From contig JAJPKD010000147.1 in assembly GCA_021323895.1 (NCBI GenBank), forward strand, positions 81 to 64,080: a stretch of 64,000 nt of DNA, in the 5' to 3' direction. The notes beneath the pieces are model-generated. The model saw nothing but the letters and a program-made list of their open reading frames with translations, ran no database searches and was not told where the DNA came from. Origin of the DNA: Acidobacteriota bacterium (GTDB taxonomy: Bacteria > Acidobacteriota > Blastocatellia > Pyrinomonadales > Pyrinomonadaceae). The position numbers and the translations under genes were made by a program. Each line of letters opens with the position of its first letter. Position 1 is the stretch's first letter. Below are positions 63,654 to 64,000 of this stretch, one piece after another.

Positions 63654-64000
63654 TTATGGAAGCTTTCGCAGCCTGTCTTCCACCGCCGCGCCCACCTCAC
63701 TACACTTCGACGCTTTCTCTTCGCCAATCAAATCGTAAGTCAGCGTCTTGCCTTCCGCGAGAACCTCGGCGACAGCCGCTTCAACTCTCTTCGCCGCATT
63801 CGTCAATCGATTGTCGTGGTGCCGCGTGCCGAGCCAGTCCAACATCATCTGAGCAGAGAGAATTGCAGCGAGCGGGTTCGCTTTGTCTTTGCCGGCATGC
63901 TTCGGTGCGCTGCCGTGTATCGGTTCGAACATTGCGTGCTCGTCGCCGATATTGCCGCCAACCGCCAGACCTAAACCGCCTGCCGTTGTGGCGCCGTTGT
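63654..64000 (-). CDS. isocitrate/isopropylmalate dehydrogenase family protein, C-terminal part; continues past the window end
   Basis: The open frame reads …GGLGLAVGGNIGDEHAMFEPIHGSAPKHAGKDKANPLAAILSAQMMLDWLG…, the conserved C-terminal block of beta-decarboxylating dehydrogenases. Confidence 0.75.
   Translation of the reverse strand, partial: NGATTAGGLGLAVGGNIGDEHAMFEPIHGSAPKHAGKDKANPLAAILSAQMMLDWLGTRHHDNRLTNAAKRVEAAVAEVLAEGKTLTYDLIGEEKASKCSEVGAAVEDRLRKLP

Noticed and set aside
1-64000. CRISPR arrays, rRNA genes, and prophage structural or toxin-antitoxin modules.
   Set aside because: I saw no regularly spaced short direct repeats with unique spacers, no rRNA-like stretches, and no capsid, terminase, tail or classical TA gene pairs. 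The repeats present are palindromic REP/MITE-like units, not arrays.

Overview
This is a dense, mostly chromosomal-looking 64 kb window from a fairly GC-rich bacterium. The gene content (four ECF sigma factors, an ECF-linked Ser/Thr kinase, many small stress and detox genes) and the dispersed palindromic repeats suggest a soil Acidobacteriota-like organism, but that is a low-confidence guess. I support about 60 CDS, one intact tRNA-Leu(UAA), two partial or degenerate tRNA-Leu copies, three dispersed repeat families and several recurring intergenic motifs. I saw no rRNA, no CRISPR array and no transposase or integrase ORF.

The observations most worth a second look:
1. A lower-GC two-gene cassette (17272-19049) encodes a winged-helix-like domain fused to a PNP/MTA-nucleosidase-type domain, plus an unknown partner. 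It is a candidate new defence or abortive-infection module.
2. A secreted, extremely Met-rich peptide sits divergent from an ECF sigma, a ZAS anti-sigma and a membrane-anchored thioredoxin-MsrB fusion (30807-33868). This is architecturally analogous to the MrpX/MsrP oxidant-scavenging system but uses MsrB.
3. An ECF sigma gene is interrupted by one in-frame TGA. It is followed by two paralogous ZAS anti-sigma genes that flank a signal-less S8 protease.
4. A fixed-spacing motif, TGTAAGG-N15-CGACTAA, occurs five times. Every copy is intergenic and faces a downstream gene, and the layout looks like an ECF-type promoter.
5. A 45-nt copy of the tRNA-Leu 3' part lies 6.3 kb from the intact tRNA. The two bracket an island-like segment that carries a MerR/B12-binding (LitR/CarH-like) regulator and a decayed GGDEF gene.

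All functional calls come from reading the translated ORFs against remembered family signatures. No database search was run.
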